Made by a program: the position numbers and the translations under genes. The notes under the pieces were generated by a model. That model saw only the letters and a list, made by a program, of their open reading frames with translations, ran no database searches and was not told the DNA's origin. From NCBI GenBank assembly GCA_021372235.1, contig JAJFUW010000146.1, positions 322 to 64,321 on the forward strand: 64,000 nt of DNA, in the 5' to 3' direction. This DNA is from Spirochaetia bacterium (GTDB lineage Bacteria > Oederibacteriota > PGYV01 > Palsa-1178). How positions within the stretch are numbered: position 1 is the stretch's first letter; the number at the start of each line of letters is the position of its first letter. Below are positions 28,396-38,371 of the stretch, piece after piece.

Positions 28396-28653
28396 CAGAA
28401 GGCAGAAAGTGCAAGTAAAAGTGCAAGCCATAAGTAAAGTTTAGGAAAAATTGGGAAAGTATGGAAGGTATTAAAGGAAACCTTTGCCACTTTTGAATTT
28501 TTGTATTTTAATACTTAATTTGTGGGTTATAACTTGTGGCTTGTTCTTATACTTAATCGCACACTTCTCCCTCAAAAAAACCACCACAAATTCACCAGAT
28601 TTATGATATAATTTTTTTCAGATAAAAAAAACGACAGGAGAAAACGCGAAAAA

Positions 28654-29844
28654 ATGGAGAAACAGCCCGCAGATTCGGTGGGTATTGTAAAGACCCAGTA
28701 TTTTACCTTTGCGGAAGCTCCTAACGAGTTCATCCTGGAGCGGGGCGGCAGGCTCGGGCCCGTAACACTCGCCTATGAAACCTATGGCACCCTCAACAAG
28801 GACAAGTCCAACGCCATACTGGTCTGCCATGCCCTGACCGGCTCCGCACACGCGGCCGGATATTTTACCGACGATGATATCAAAGGGCCAAAAAAGAACA
28901 CGGGCTGGTGGGACCTCATGATAGGCCCGGGCAAGGCCATGGACACGAACAAATATTTTATCATCTGTGTCAACGTGATAGGCTCGTGTTACGGCTCAAC
29001 AGGGCCGAATTCCATAAATCCGGCCACGGGAAAACTGTACGGGATGTCATTCCCGGAAGTGACGATACCCGACATGGTAAAGACGCAGAAGATACTGCTG
29101 GACTATCTGGGAATAAACAGGCTCGTGACCGTCATCGGCGGTTCCATGGGCGGCATGCAGGCGCTCGAGTGGGCCCTGCAATTTCCCGACATCCCGAAGT
29201 CAGTAATAATAATCGCGGCATCCGCCGCGCTCTCGGCGCAGGAAATAGCTCTCGACGCCGTCGGCCGCAACGCCATTAAAATGGACGCCGAGTGGAAGGA
29301 CGGCAATTATGCACCCGGCACGAAGTTAAAGGGGCTGGCCGTGGCGAGGATGGTGGGACACATTTCCTACCTCTCCGAGGAAGGCATGGAAAAAAAGTTC
29401 GGCCGCAGGCTCGAGGACCCGGCATTTGCCTCAAGGGTTGGGGAGTTTGAGAAGTCGTTCGACAACTATTTCGCGGTAGAGGGTTACCTGGCACACCAGG
29501 GGAAAAAGTTCGTTGACCGTTTTGACGCGAACTCATACATGTATATAACAAAGGCCATGGATTATTTTGATGTGGATTTAAAATACGGCGGAGGGTCGCT
29601 GACCAAAGCCATGAAAAGGGTAAAAGCCGAGGTGCTGATGGTATCGTTCAGTTCGGACTGGCTCTTTTCCCCGGAAACAGCCAAAGAAATGGTGCAGGCG
29701 CTGACCTTGAACAACAAGGACGTTTCATACATTGAGATAGAGTCCATACACGGACACGACGCATTTCTGCTGGAAAAGAAAACAGTGGCCGAGAACAAGA
29801 TACTGGGACAGGCGTTCAAGAATTTCCTGGCAAACATCAAGTAA
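28654..29844 (+). CDS. metX: homoserine O-acetyltransferase
   Basis: AILVCHALTGSAHAAGY, active-site GGSMGGMQALEW, ..HGHDAFLLE. Confidence 0.85.
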   Translation: MEKQPADSVGIVKTQYFTFAEAPNEFILERGGRLGPVTLAYETYGTLNKDKSNAILVCHALTGSAHAAGYFTDDDIKGPKKNTGWWDLMIGPGKAMDTNKYFIICVNVIGSCYGSTGPNSINPATGKLYGMSFPEVTIPDMVKTQKILLDYLGINRLVTVIGGSMGGMQALEWALQFPDIPKSVIIIAASAALSAQEIALDAVGRNAIKMDAEWKDGNYAPGTKLKGLAVARMVGHISYLSEEGMEKKFGRRLEDPAFASRVGEFEKSFDNYFAVEGYLAHQGKKFVDRFDANSYMYITKAMDYFDVDLKYGGGSLTKAMKRVKAEVLMVSFSSDWLFSPETAKEMVQALTLNNKDVSYIEIESIHGHDAFLLEKKTVAENKILGQAFKNFLANIK

Positions 29845-29936
29845 GGGCGAAATTAACAATGAATAATTAATAATTGAAACGAAAGCCTTTCATCACTAAT
29901 TGTTAATTATTAATTTGTAAAAAGAAAGGTTGTCAA

Positions 29937-30593
29937 ATGTACAAAGAGATCTACTTAAGGCACAGTTACGAAGAGATTGTAAAAATGATAACGGAGAACA
30001 GCCGCGTCATGGACCTCGGATGCGGGGACGGCGAATTACTGGCCCAGCTCATCGGCCGCAAACAGGTCTACGGCCTGGGTGTGGATATAAACACGGAGGA
30101 AATTTTGAAATGTATTAAAAAAGGGGTATCGGTCATACAGGAGGACATAAACGAGGGGCTTTACAAGTACAAGGACAAGTCATTTGACTACGTGATACTC
30201 TCCGAGACACTGCAGGCCGTGCGCAGGCCGGACCACGTCCTGAACCAGATGGTGCGCATAGGCAAACAGGCTGTCGTGACGTTCCCGAATTTCGCGTATG
30301 GACCCATCAGGACAAAATTTTTGCTGACAGGCATGATGCCAAAATCCGATGTCCTGCCATTTGACTGGTACAGCACTCCAAACATCCATCTCCTGACAAT
30401 AAAGGATTTCAAAAAATTCTGCAGGGACACGAACATAAAAATACTGAAGGAAGTCTATTTTCAGGGAAAAGGCAACAGGATAAACGCGGGGCTTGGTTTT
30501 GAAAACTGGCTCGCCGAAGAGGCGGTATTCCTCATACAAAAAGAGGCGGAACAAAAAATCACGGTAAAAGAGGTTTCTGTGGCAAAAAAATGA
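29937..30593 (+). CDS. metW: methionine biosynthesis protein MetW (SAM-MTase fold)
   Basis: VMDLGCGDGELLAQL methyltransferase motif. Immediately follows metX as in canonical metXW pairs. Confidence 0.8.
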   Translation: MYKEIYLRHSYEEIVKMITENSRVMDLGCGDGELLAQLIGRKQVYGLGVDINTEEILKCIKKGVSVIQEDINEGLYKYKDKSFDYVILSETLQAVRRPDHVLNQMVRIGKQAVVTFPNFAYGPIRTKFLLTGMMPKSDVLPFDWYSTPNIHLLTIKDFKKFCRDTNIKILKEVYFQGKGNRINAGLGFENWLAEEAVFLIQKEAEQKITVKEVSVAKK

Positions 30594-30871
30594 ATAATTA
30601 GTATAATTAGCAATGAATAATATCCTTCCATAAATACCTTCCAAACAAACAATTGCTTTAAAATCCAAAAATACGGATGTTTTTTAAAAAAATCCGATTA
30701 TTCCTTTAAAATAAGGGGTATTTTTATTAAAACCCCGTTATTTTCGCATAATAACGATGTTTTTTATTGACACCATATCTATAGTGTGTTATAAATGACC
30801 AAAATACAATATATGGTATAAATTGATAAGGGGAAACGCGGGAAAAGCGCATTAATTAAAAGGAGGAGTAA

Positions 30872-31450
30872 ATGAAAAATTTTGTTTTGTTTTTGGCGGT
30901 TGTTTTTGCACTTTTTTGTGCTTTCCCGGTAATGGCTGAGGATATCGCCACACAACCTGCAGGCGATACGGCGGCGGTAAAAGGGACAACCGCTTCAGCA
31001 GACAATATTATCTCGGTCAACGTTTGGCCGATGGTCGGAGGTTTTTTTAACCTCGGGTACGAGAGGAAAATAGCCGACATCATGAGCGTCCGCGTCAGGG
31101 GATTGTACTGGTCGCTTTTCAACATGTTCCTGGCCGGAAACGCCAATTTTGTCGGCACGGGAGTGGATATGTTCTTCTACCCGGCAGGTAAAGCATGCAA
31201 GGAATTTTTCGCGGGGCCCAGGCTGGATTATTTTTATATAGGCAATCAGGACTGGAACCTGCAGATCATGATGGCGGGCGGACAGATAGGTTACAGGTGG
31301 CTGTTCGAAGGCGGATTTGAAATAGCACTCATTCTCGGAGCATGGTGCAATGTGAGCAACAAAGCGAGCGACGGAGCTGAGATAACGAGTATAGGGGTCT
31401 TAAGCGGCGTACTTCCCACGTTTGATTTTGAACTCGGATGGGCATTCTAA
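30872..31450 (+). CDS. outer-membrane beta-barrel protein, hypothetical
   Basis: Signal peptide MKNFVLFLAVVFALFCAFPVMA, amphipathic strand pattern, C-terminal FELGWAF. Confidence 0.55.
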   Translation: MKNFVLFLAVVFALFCAFPVMAEDIATQPAGDTAAVKGTTASADNIISVNVWPMVGGFFNLGYERKIADIMSVRVRGLYWSLFNMFLAGNANFVGTGVDMFFYPAGKACKEFFAGPRLDYFYIGNQDWNLQIMMAGGQIGYRWLFEGGFEIALILGAWCNVSNKASDGAEITSIGVLSGVLPTFDFELGWAF

Positions 31451-31481
31451 AATATTTTTAAAAACCTCAAGGAGGAAAAGC

Positions 31482-31754
31482 ATGACGAAATCGGAAATGG
31501 TAACAGCGATCGCGGACAAGGCCGGAGTGGCAAAGAAAGAGACAAAGAAAGTGTTAGATGCTTTCACGGTGGTAATAGTCGCGACGCTCAAGAAAGAGAA
31601 AAAGGTAAAACTCCCGGGACTCGGCATTCTCGCTGTTAAGCACCGCAAGGCGCGCACAGGCAGGAACCCGATGACGGGCGAGACAATACAGATACCGGCC
31701 AAAAAGGTCGTGAAAATGAGGATAGCAAAGGACCTGAAAGCGTCAGTCCTATAG
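31482..31754 (+). CDS. hup: HU/IHF-family DNA-binding protein
   Basis: MTKSEMVTAIADKAGVAKKETKKVLDAFT...LPGLGILAVKHRKARTGRNPMTGETIQIPAKKVVKMRIAKDLK; RBS aggagg 8 nt upstream. The track ORF start at 31422 is rejected. Confidence 0.85.
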   Translation: MTKSEMVTAIADKAGVAKKETKKVLDAFTVVIVATLKKEKKVKLPGLGILAVKHRKARTGRNPMTGETIQIPAKKVVKMRIAKDLKASVL

Positions 31755-31771
31755 TATCCAAATAAACACCG

Positions 31772-31810
31772 GAAGCCCGGGGAAACGTCCCCGGGCTTCT
31801 TAATTTCTAA
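31772..31810 (+). terminator. rho-independent terminator
   Basis: gaagcccgggg-aaacgt-ccccgggcttc then ttaatttct. Confidence 0.6.
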
Positions 31811-31877
31811 AAACCCCTGTCCACCCTCCCGGTCCTTTTCCTTGTTTTTCGCAAGGTTTTATCCTATAATTATTCCT

Positions 31878-34232
31878 ATGGGAATAATTAAAAAGGGAAA
31901 ACAGGGACTGTTCCGCCTGACGGTATTGTCGGCGTTTCTATTGTCCGGCGCGGCCTTATATGCCGAGCCTGTAAAAGAGAATATCCTGAAATCAACCGGC
32001 GCGCGGGCTTCCGGCATGGCGGGCGCTTTTACGGCTGTCGCCGACGACTATTCCGCTTTTTACTGGAACCCTGCAGGGCTCGTACTCATGGACAGAATTA
32101 CCGGTTCGGTATTTTTTGATTCCGTATACCACGGTAAACAGACCGATTTCGGTTTCAACTACACACACCCGGTCATGGACACCATGTCCGCGGCTTTTAC
32201 CTATTACAAAGGGATATACGCGGACTCAAAATATGCGGACGACATCCTCTATTTCTCGTTTGCCTCCTTCCTGGACGCGGGAAAAAAATACGCCCTCGGC
32301 GCGAACCTGAAGTTCAATAACACCGGCCTCACGGAGGGGCCTCAGAGTTACGGCCGCGGCGGAGGCCTCGACATGGGGCTCATGATATTCCCGGATTTCC
32401 TCGAAAAAAAAATGAGGTTCGGGTTCCTGGCACAGGACATGGAGTCCGTCATAGAATGGAACAACGGGACAAAACAGAGAGTCCCGCTGTTGTTTAAGAT
32501 GGCGGTTTCATATTCCATAGACCCGACAGCAATCGTTGCGCTTGATATCGACATGCTCCAGTACACGGCGTCAACGCGCGAGGCGAGGACGGGAGTGCAC
32601 CTGGGCGGTGAGAAATGGTTTCTGCTGACGGATATCGGGAACTTCGGGGTGCGCGGCGGGTTCATGTGGCGCGAGGCCATGGAACAGAACCACAGGTTTA
32701 CTTTCGGGCTCTCCTACGGCAGGGAAGATTTCGTGGCCGATTATGTCTACATACTGCCGGTGGGGGATTTCGGGGAATCGCACAAACTAAATTTTTCCTG
32801 GTTCTTCGCGCCGAGGCAGAAATACGAGTACAAAGAGCCATCCGGGGACGGGGTTGTAAAGGTTGACGGGAAGGCTAAAGAGTTAAAAATAACCGCGGAC
32901 GAGCAGGCGGTCGAGGAACGGTATAAATACATGGAATTGTGGCTGTCAAATAAATATTTATCGCCCAACAAGGACACGGTGCAGGACTCAGTCGAGTTAC
33001 GGCTGAAAAACATGCCGCCGGACCCGGAAGGCGCGCAATGGTCGCTCTCTTTTATAAACGCGGCAGGGGCCGCGGTTTACGATATGAACGGGAAATTACC
33101 GTTGCCGGAATCATTTACGTGGACGGGGGAAACAAAGGACGGGGGACAGGCCAACGACGGGGATTATGCCGCGGTTTTTTCGGTCTATTACGGCGGGGTG
33201 GAGGTCTGGAAAAAGGCACGCGTGGTGACTGTGGATACCGGCGTCCCGCAGTTTGACGCAAACCTGTACCCAAAAGTATTCGCCCCGCATAAAAAATCAG
33301 CGGTAAAAGAACTTAATGTGGACATACAGCCGAATATTACCGATGTGAAATCATGGACATTTACGGTGCAGGACTCAGCCGGCCAGGCCGTGCGCAGGAT
33401 TTCAGGCGACGGGTTCGCCAGACAGATATCATGGAACGGCAGGGACGCGTCGGGTAACACGGTAAAGGACGGAAAATACAGGGTTGAACTGATATTGCGG
33501 GATTTTGCCGGCAACAAATACGGGATTACGGAACCGTTCACGGTGGATACGTACGTGGCCGGGATGAGCGTAAAACCCGGACTCAGGATATTTTCCGCCG
33601 GAAAACAGACCGTATCGTTTGAACCTGATTTCCCGGAGCCCGCGAGGATAAAATCGTGGGACCTTGAGATATACGCTCCGGACGGTTCGGTGATAAAGAG
33701 CTGGAAAGACAGGAACATGGCGGTTAAAAATATCACCTGGGACGGCACGGACAACCTGAAAAACACGGTCAGGGCAGGGACGGTTTACCGCTACAGGTGC
33801 ACGGCTCTGCAGAAAAACGGGATATCAACCGAGGACACCGGCTTTATACAGTCAGCGCTGCCCGAGTTCAAGGACGCGGGAATAGAACTGACGCTGGCGG
33901 CTGTGGATTTCGAAAAAGGCGACATAGCGATACCGGCCGGGGAGTACGGGTATTTAAACCAGGCGGCCGAGGCCATAAAAAAATATGCCAGGGACTATTT
34001 TGTGTATATCAAATCATATTCGACAGACGATGCCAATCCGGAAAAAAATGTACAACTGTCAGTCAGCAGGGCCGCCGCTGTCATGGATTACCTGGTGAAC
34101 TCACAGGGCGTGCCGGCAAAAAATATCTATTGCATAGGGTACGGCGACGGCGAGTATGTCTTAGGGACAGAGATAAAACAGGAAATGCCAAAAACGGGCG
34201 GACGCGTGGAGGTGGATCTTCTGACCAGGTAA
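31878..34232 (+). CDS. outer-membrane protein: FadL/PorV-like N-terminal barrel, FlgD-Ig-like repeats, C-terminal OmpA-like peptidoglycan-binding domain
   Basis: Start MGIIKKGKQGLFRLTVLSAFLLSGAALYA. GARASGMAGAFTAVADDYSAFYWNPAGL is the FadL/PorV-type N-terminus. Three repeats of ..W.L.I.d..G..V.....g.......WdG.d.......G.Y. C-terminal YIKSYSTDDANPEKNVQLSVSRAAAVMDYLV..GVPAKNIYCIGYGDGEYV is OmpA_C-like. Confidence 0.65.
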   Translation: MGIIKKGKQGLFRLTVLSAFLLSGAALYAEPVKENILKSTGARASGMAGAFTAVADDYSAFYWNPAGLVLMDRITGSVFFDSVYHGKQTDFGFNYTHPVMDTMSAAFTYYKGIYADSKYADDILYFSFASFLDAGKKYALGANLKFNNTGLTEGPQSYGRGGGLDMGLMIFPDFLEKKMRFGFLAQDMESVIEWNNGTKQRVPLLFKMAVSYSIDPTAIVALDIDMLQYTASTREARTGVHLGGEKWFLLTDIGNFGVRGGFMWREAMEQNHRFTFGLSYGREDFVADYVYILPVGDFGESHKLNFSWFFAPRQKYEYKEPSGDGVVKVDGKAKELKITADEQAVEERYKYMELWLSNKYLSPNKDTVQDSVELRLKNMPPDPEGAQWSLSFINAAGAAVYDMNGKLPLPESFTWTGETKDGGQANDGDYAAVFSVYYGGVEVWKKARVVTVDTGVPQFDANLYPKVFAPHKKSAVKELNVDIQPNITDVKSWTFTVQDSAGQAVRRISGDGFARQISWNGRDASGNTVKDGKYRVELILRDFAGNKYGITEPFTVDTYVAGMSVKPGLRIFSAGKQTVSFEPDFPEPARIKSWDLEIYAPDGSVIKSWKDRNMAVKNITWDGTDNLKNTVRAGTVYRYRCTALQKNGISTEDTGFIQSALPEFKDAGIELTLAAVDFEKGDIAIPAGEYGYLNQAAEAIKKYARDYFVYIKSYSTDDANPEKNVQLSVSRAAAVMDYLVNSQGVPAKNIYCIGYGDGEYVLGTEIKQEMPKTGGRVEVDLLTR

Positions 34233-34297
34233 ATCGATATTGTAAAAATAGCGCCCGGGTATTATAATTAACCAAATATTTAACCGAGAGGTTTCGC

Positions 34298-35947
34298 GTG
34301 GACGTAGAAGAAAAAAAATTATACATAAAACTGGCATACGGTTACTACCAGAACAAAGAGTATAAGAAAGCGCTCGACCTGTATGAACGAATATACAGGG
34401 ATGACCAGGACGATTTTAACGTCCTGAACATGCTCGGAGACACCTACCTGAAGGCTAATTTCAAGGACAAAGCCCTGGAAGCGTATATTTCGACACTGTC
34501 CATACTGGAGAGGAAGGAACAGCCCGAGAAACTTATCAGGCTCGCCAAAAAGGTATCAAAAACGTGGCCGGAAGAATCCCGCATAAAATCAAAATTGAAG
34601 AACGCTCTGCGCATGGTATTCCGCGACGCGGAGAAAAAAGTCTCCGAGCACGATTATGCCGGGGCAAAAGCCCTGTATGAGTCCATAGAGGAGTTCAACA
34701 GCGACGATTACCCGGTGAATTTCAAACTGATGGAGTTAAAGGACGAGGCGGAGAAGTACGCCGCGCGTTCACGCAAGGCTCAGGAAATAAAAAAAGAGGT
34801 AACAGAGGACCCTCAAAAGGACATAATATCAAAGTTTGACAGGATGGCCCGGGGGTATATGGAGAGCGGGGATTATGACGGGGCCGTGGAGACCTACATA
34901 ACGGCCCTGAAACTCGCGCCGGGCAACGATGAACTGCGGACAAAACTGCACGCGGTATACACAAAGATAGCCTCCGCGAGCGTGGGCGAAAAGGTCTGGG
35001 AAAAGATTGACCGCTCGCCCGTTGACCGCCTCGCGGAGATAAAGAAAAAAGCGCTCGAGGAGCGCCAGGCGCAGATAATGAAAGATGAAGAGGAGCGGGC
35101 CCGCAGGCTAATTGATGAGGAACAGAGAATACAGGATGAGTACGAATCGCAGGAAGCGGCCATCATACAGGCGGCGGCCGTGGAACTCAAATCAAAACTC
35201 GATGAGGCGCAGAAGAGCGAGCAGTTGAAGGCCGAGGAGATGCAGAAGATAATAAGGGAACAGGAGGACAAAAAGAAGGAACTGCTCGAGAGGATAAAAA
35301 GAGAAGCGATAGACAAATGGAAAAAGCAGAAAGACGCTATCATAGCCATGGCAAAAGGCGCTCCGTCGCCGGTGGAGCAAAAAGCATCGGCAACGGCGGA
35401 AGAAAAGCCGTTTGAACCGAAAAACCGGAGTTCCGCCGACCTCATGATAAACCTGAAAAAGGCATACGAGGCCCCGAAAGTCTCTGGCAATGAGCCGGAT
35501 GAGGATGCGGTCAAACAATCCTTGCAGGACAGGGTGCGGGAGGCAAAGGAAGAGGAAGCACAGCAGTCGAATAACCCGCCGGTCCCGGAAAAGAAAGAGG
35601 CACTCATTGACCTGCCTCAGAGGCCGGAACCGGAACCAATACCCGCTCCAGAGCAGGAACCGGACGCAGCGATAAACCCGCCGCCGGTTGTGGCGCCGCC
35701 TCCGGCACCGCCAAAACAGGAAGAGGCCATGACCGAGGATATAGGAGAGGCCGAAAAAAAACCCATGAACGAGCTTGTGGTGAACGACGAAACAATGGAC
35801 TCGCTCATTACAATGTCATATATTTACATCAACCAGGGTGTTTACAAGGAAGCCATGCACATATACAACAAACTCTCCGAGAAGTACCCGGCCAACCGCG
35901 AAGTAAAGGCGATACTGGACGAGATTACAAAACGGCAGGGGTCCTAA
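34298..35947 (+). CDS. TPR repeat / charged coiled-coil / Pro-rich protein, hypothetical
   Basis: GTG start. N- and C-terminal TPR-like helices (AYGYYQNKEYKKALDLYERI..; ..YINQGVYKEAMHIYNKLSEKYPANREVKAILDEI) flank an E/K/Q-rich coiled coil and a PEPEPIPAPEQEP..PPPVVAPPPAPP segment. Confidence 0.55.
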   Translation: MDVEEKKLYIKLAYGYYQNKEYKKALDLYERIYRDDQDDFNVLNMLGDTYLKANFKDKALEAYISTLSILERKEQPEKLIRLAKKVSKTWPEESRIKSKLKNALRMVFRDAEKKVSEHDYAGAKALYESIEEFNSDDYPVNFKLMELKDEAEKYAARSRKAQEIKKEVTEDPQKDIISKFDRMARGYMESGDYDGAVETYITALKLAPGNDELRTKLHAVYTKIASASVGEKVWEKIDRSPVDRLAEIKKKALEERQAQIMKDEEERARRLIDEEQRIQDEYESQEAAIIQAAAVELKSKLDEAQKSEQLKAEEMQKIIREQEDKKKELLERIKREAIDKWKKQKDAIIAMAKGAPSPVEQKASATAEEKPFEPKNRSSADLMINLKKAYEAPKVSGNEPDEDAVKQSLQDRVREAKEEEAQQSNNPPVPEKKEALIDLPQRPEPEPIPAPEQEPDAAINPPPVVAPPPAPPKQEEAMTEDIGEAEKKPMNELVVNDETMDSLITMSYIYINQGVYKEAMHIYNKLSEKYPANREVKAILDEITKRQGS

Positions 35948-36033
35948 AGGGAACCATTTGATACAATTAATAACAATAACGACAAAACGGTCATTATTGT
36001 TGTTAATTAGTCGCAGTATAAAGGGAGAAGTAC

Positions 36034-38037
36034 ATGGACCAGTTCAAGCTAAAGACGCCCTACTCCCCCCGGGGCGACCAGCCCGCTGCCGTTAAAAAAC
36101 TGGCCGCCGGTGTTGCCCATGGTGAAAAATTCCAGACCCTGCTCGGGGTCACGGGTTCGGGCAAGACATTTACCATGGCAAAGGTAATAGAAGAGGTCAA
36201 CAGGCCTTCCATAATAATATCCCACAACAAGACCCTCGCGGCTCAGCTCTACATGGAGTTCAAGGAGTTTTTCCCGGAAAATGCTGTGGAATATTTCGTA
36301 TCCTACTACGACTACTACCAGCCAGAGGCTTACCTGCCGCACCGCGATATGTTCATAGAAAAAGATTCGGCGATAAACGACGAACTCGAGCGGCTGCGCC
36401 TCGCAGCCACTCAGAAAATCCTGACGCGCAGGGATGTTATAATAGTGGCTTCGGTCTCGTGTATTTACGGCCTGGGCTCGCCGGAGAACTACAAGAACAT
36501 GAGGCTGTTCATGGAAGAGGGGGGCAGGATATCCATAAACGACATTGCGGACAGCCTCACACAGATGCAGTACAGGCGTAACGAGTTCGAGTTTACCCAG
36601 GGCATATTCAGGGTCAAGGGCGACATAGTGGAGATATGGCCCGCATATTCCACAACGGCCCTGCGTATCGAACTCCTTGGCGATGAGATAGAGAAGATAT
36701 CCGAAATAGATCCGGTCTCAAAGAACACCGTGAACAGGCTCCGCAGGACCGCGGTCTATTCCGCAAGCCATTACGTGATGCCGCCCGAGGCCATGGGCAG
36801 GGTCATAAAGGAGATAAAAGCCGAGCTTGAAGAGCGGCTCAGGTTCTACAAGGACAGGCCCGTCGAGTATGAGAGGCTGAAATCGCGCACCAACTACGAC
36901 ATCGAGATGCTCGAGGAGATGGGCTACTGCAAGGGCATAGAGAACTATTCCCGCATCATGGATGGCCGCAAGCCGGGAGAACCGCCATTCACGCTTCTGG
37001 ACTATTTCCCGGAAGATTACCTGATGTTTGTGGACGAATCGCACGTGACCCTGCCGCAGTTCCACGGTATGCACGCGGGTGACCGCTCGCGCAAGCAGAA
37101 CCTCGTTGACTACGGTTTCCGCCTGCCTTGCGCCTACGACAACAGGCCGCTGAAATTTGAGGAGTTTGAGGAAAAAATGAACCAGGTGGTGTTTGTATCG
37201 GCAACGCCCGAAGAGTACGAACTGGAAAAATCAGGCGTGGAAAACGTGGCCGAGCAGATAGTCAGGCCCACGGGACTGGTCGATCCGGAAATAGAGGTCA
37301 GGCCCACAAAGGGACAGGTGGACGACCTGATGGAGGAGATAAAAAAACGGGCGGAAAAAGGGGAGCGCGTGCTGGTCACCGTACTGACGAAAAAAATGGC
37401 CGAATCTCTGACAACCTACCTGAAGGAACACGACGTGAAATGCCGGTACCTGCACTCAGATGTGGTCACCCTTGACCGCATACAAATTATTAGGGAACTG
37501 CGAGAAAAAAAATTCGACGCGCTCATCGGCATTAATCTGCTGAGGGAGGGCCTCGACATCCCGGAGGTATCGCTGGTGGCAATACTGGACGCGGACAAGG
37601 AGGGTTTCCTGCGTTCGGATACGGCCCTCATACAGACCACGGGCAGGGCGGCCAGAAACGTGAACGGACGCGTTATCATGTACGCCGACGTGATGACAGG
37701 CTCCATGAAACGCGCCATAAGCGAAACAAACCGCCGCCGCGAAAAACAGACGGCATATAATAAGGAACATCACATAACGCCGAAGTCGGTGGTAAAAGAG
37801 ATAAAAAATATAATGGGTTCCATATATGAAATGGATTACTATACGGTGCCGCTGCCGGACGAGGATGCCGAGTACCGCTATAAAAACGTGGACGACCTGA
37901 TAAGGCAGATGGAGACGCAGATGGTGCGGGAGGCAAAGGACCTGAATTTCGAAAAGGCGGCAAAACTGCGGGATAAGATAGAGGACATAAGGATAGGCGG
38001 GGTGAGGAAGGGAAAGAAGAAAAAGTATAAATTCTGA
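36034..38037 (+). CDS. uvrB: excinuclease ABC subunit B
   Basis: [24 protein letters not shown] Walker [11 protein letters not shown] beta-hairpin, DESHVT box, C-terminal UvrB/C interaction helix. Confidence 0.95.
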   Translation: MDQFKLKTPYSPRGDQPAAVKKLAAGVAHGEKFQTLLGVTGSGKTFTMAKVIEEVNRPSIIISHNKTLAAQLYMEFKEFFPENAVEYFVSYYDYYQPEAYLPHRDMFIEKDSAINDELERLRLAATQKILTRRDVIIVASVSCIYGLGSPENYKNMRLFMEEGGRISINDIADSLTQMQYRRNEFEFTQGIFRVKGDIVEIWPAYSTTALRIELLGDEIEKISEIDPVSKNTVNRLRRTAVYSASHYVMPPEAMGRVIKEIKAELEERLRFYKDRPVEYERLKSRTNYDIEMLEEMGYCKGIENYSRIMDGRKPGEPPFTLLDYFPEDYLMFVDESHVTLPQFHGMHAGDRSRKQNLVDYGFRLPCAYDNRPLKFEEFEEKMNQVVFVSATPEEYELEKSGVENVAEQIVRPTGLVDPEIEVRPTKGQVDDLMEEIKKRAEKGERVLVTVLTKKMAESLTTYLKEHDVKCRYLHSDVVTLDRIQIIRELREKKFDALIGINLLREGLDIPEVSLVAILDADKEGFLRSDTALIQTTGRAARNVNGRVIMYADVMTGSMKRAISETNRRREKQTAYNKEHHITPKSVVKEIKNIMGSIYEMDYYTVPLPDEDAEYRYKNVDDLIRQMETQMVREAKDLNFEKAAKLRDKIEDIRIGGVRKGKKKKYKF

Positions 38038-38371
38038 AGATAAACAACTTTCACCCTCAACACTTGTATTTTTTGTTTTTATTTAACTTGAGGTTTATGG
38101 CTTATAGTTTGCTTTAGGGATACGTTTTCTTTATAGCTCTTTCTTCAAAAAACAAACATGGGCAAAAAGACTTATTGCGCAATTGCCGTCAACGTGAGAG
38201 AATATATCCGGCCGGACAGTCCGGCAGGTGAGATAAGTGAAGTTGAAAGAATCAGTATCGCGTAAGGCGACATATGGACCCTTCAGCCACAACCTATCGC
38301 TTGAACCAGCTGTTTTTGCCGAACTATTTTCCATATTATAGTGCCGTCTATTACGGCAAAGGATGTGTAAG

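Noticed and set aside
28355-28440. CsrB/RsmZ-like sRNA made of CAGGAG repeats
   Set aside because: Only 2-3 GGA-containing repeats versus more than 10 in bona fide CsrA-sequestering RNAs. Kept only as a remote possibility in findings.
34894-35607. 237-aa Ser/Ala/Cys-rich minus-strand ORF
   Set aside because: Antisense to the E/K/A-rich coiled-coil region of 34298..35947; compositional mirror artefact.
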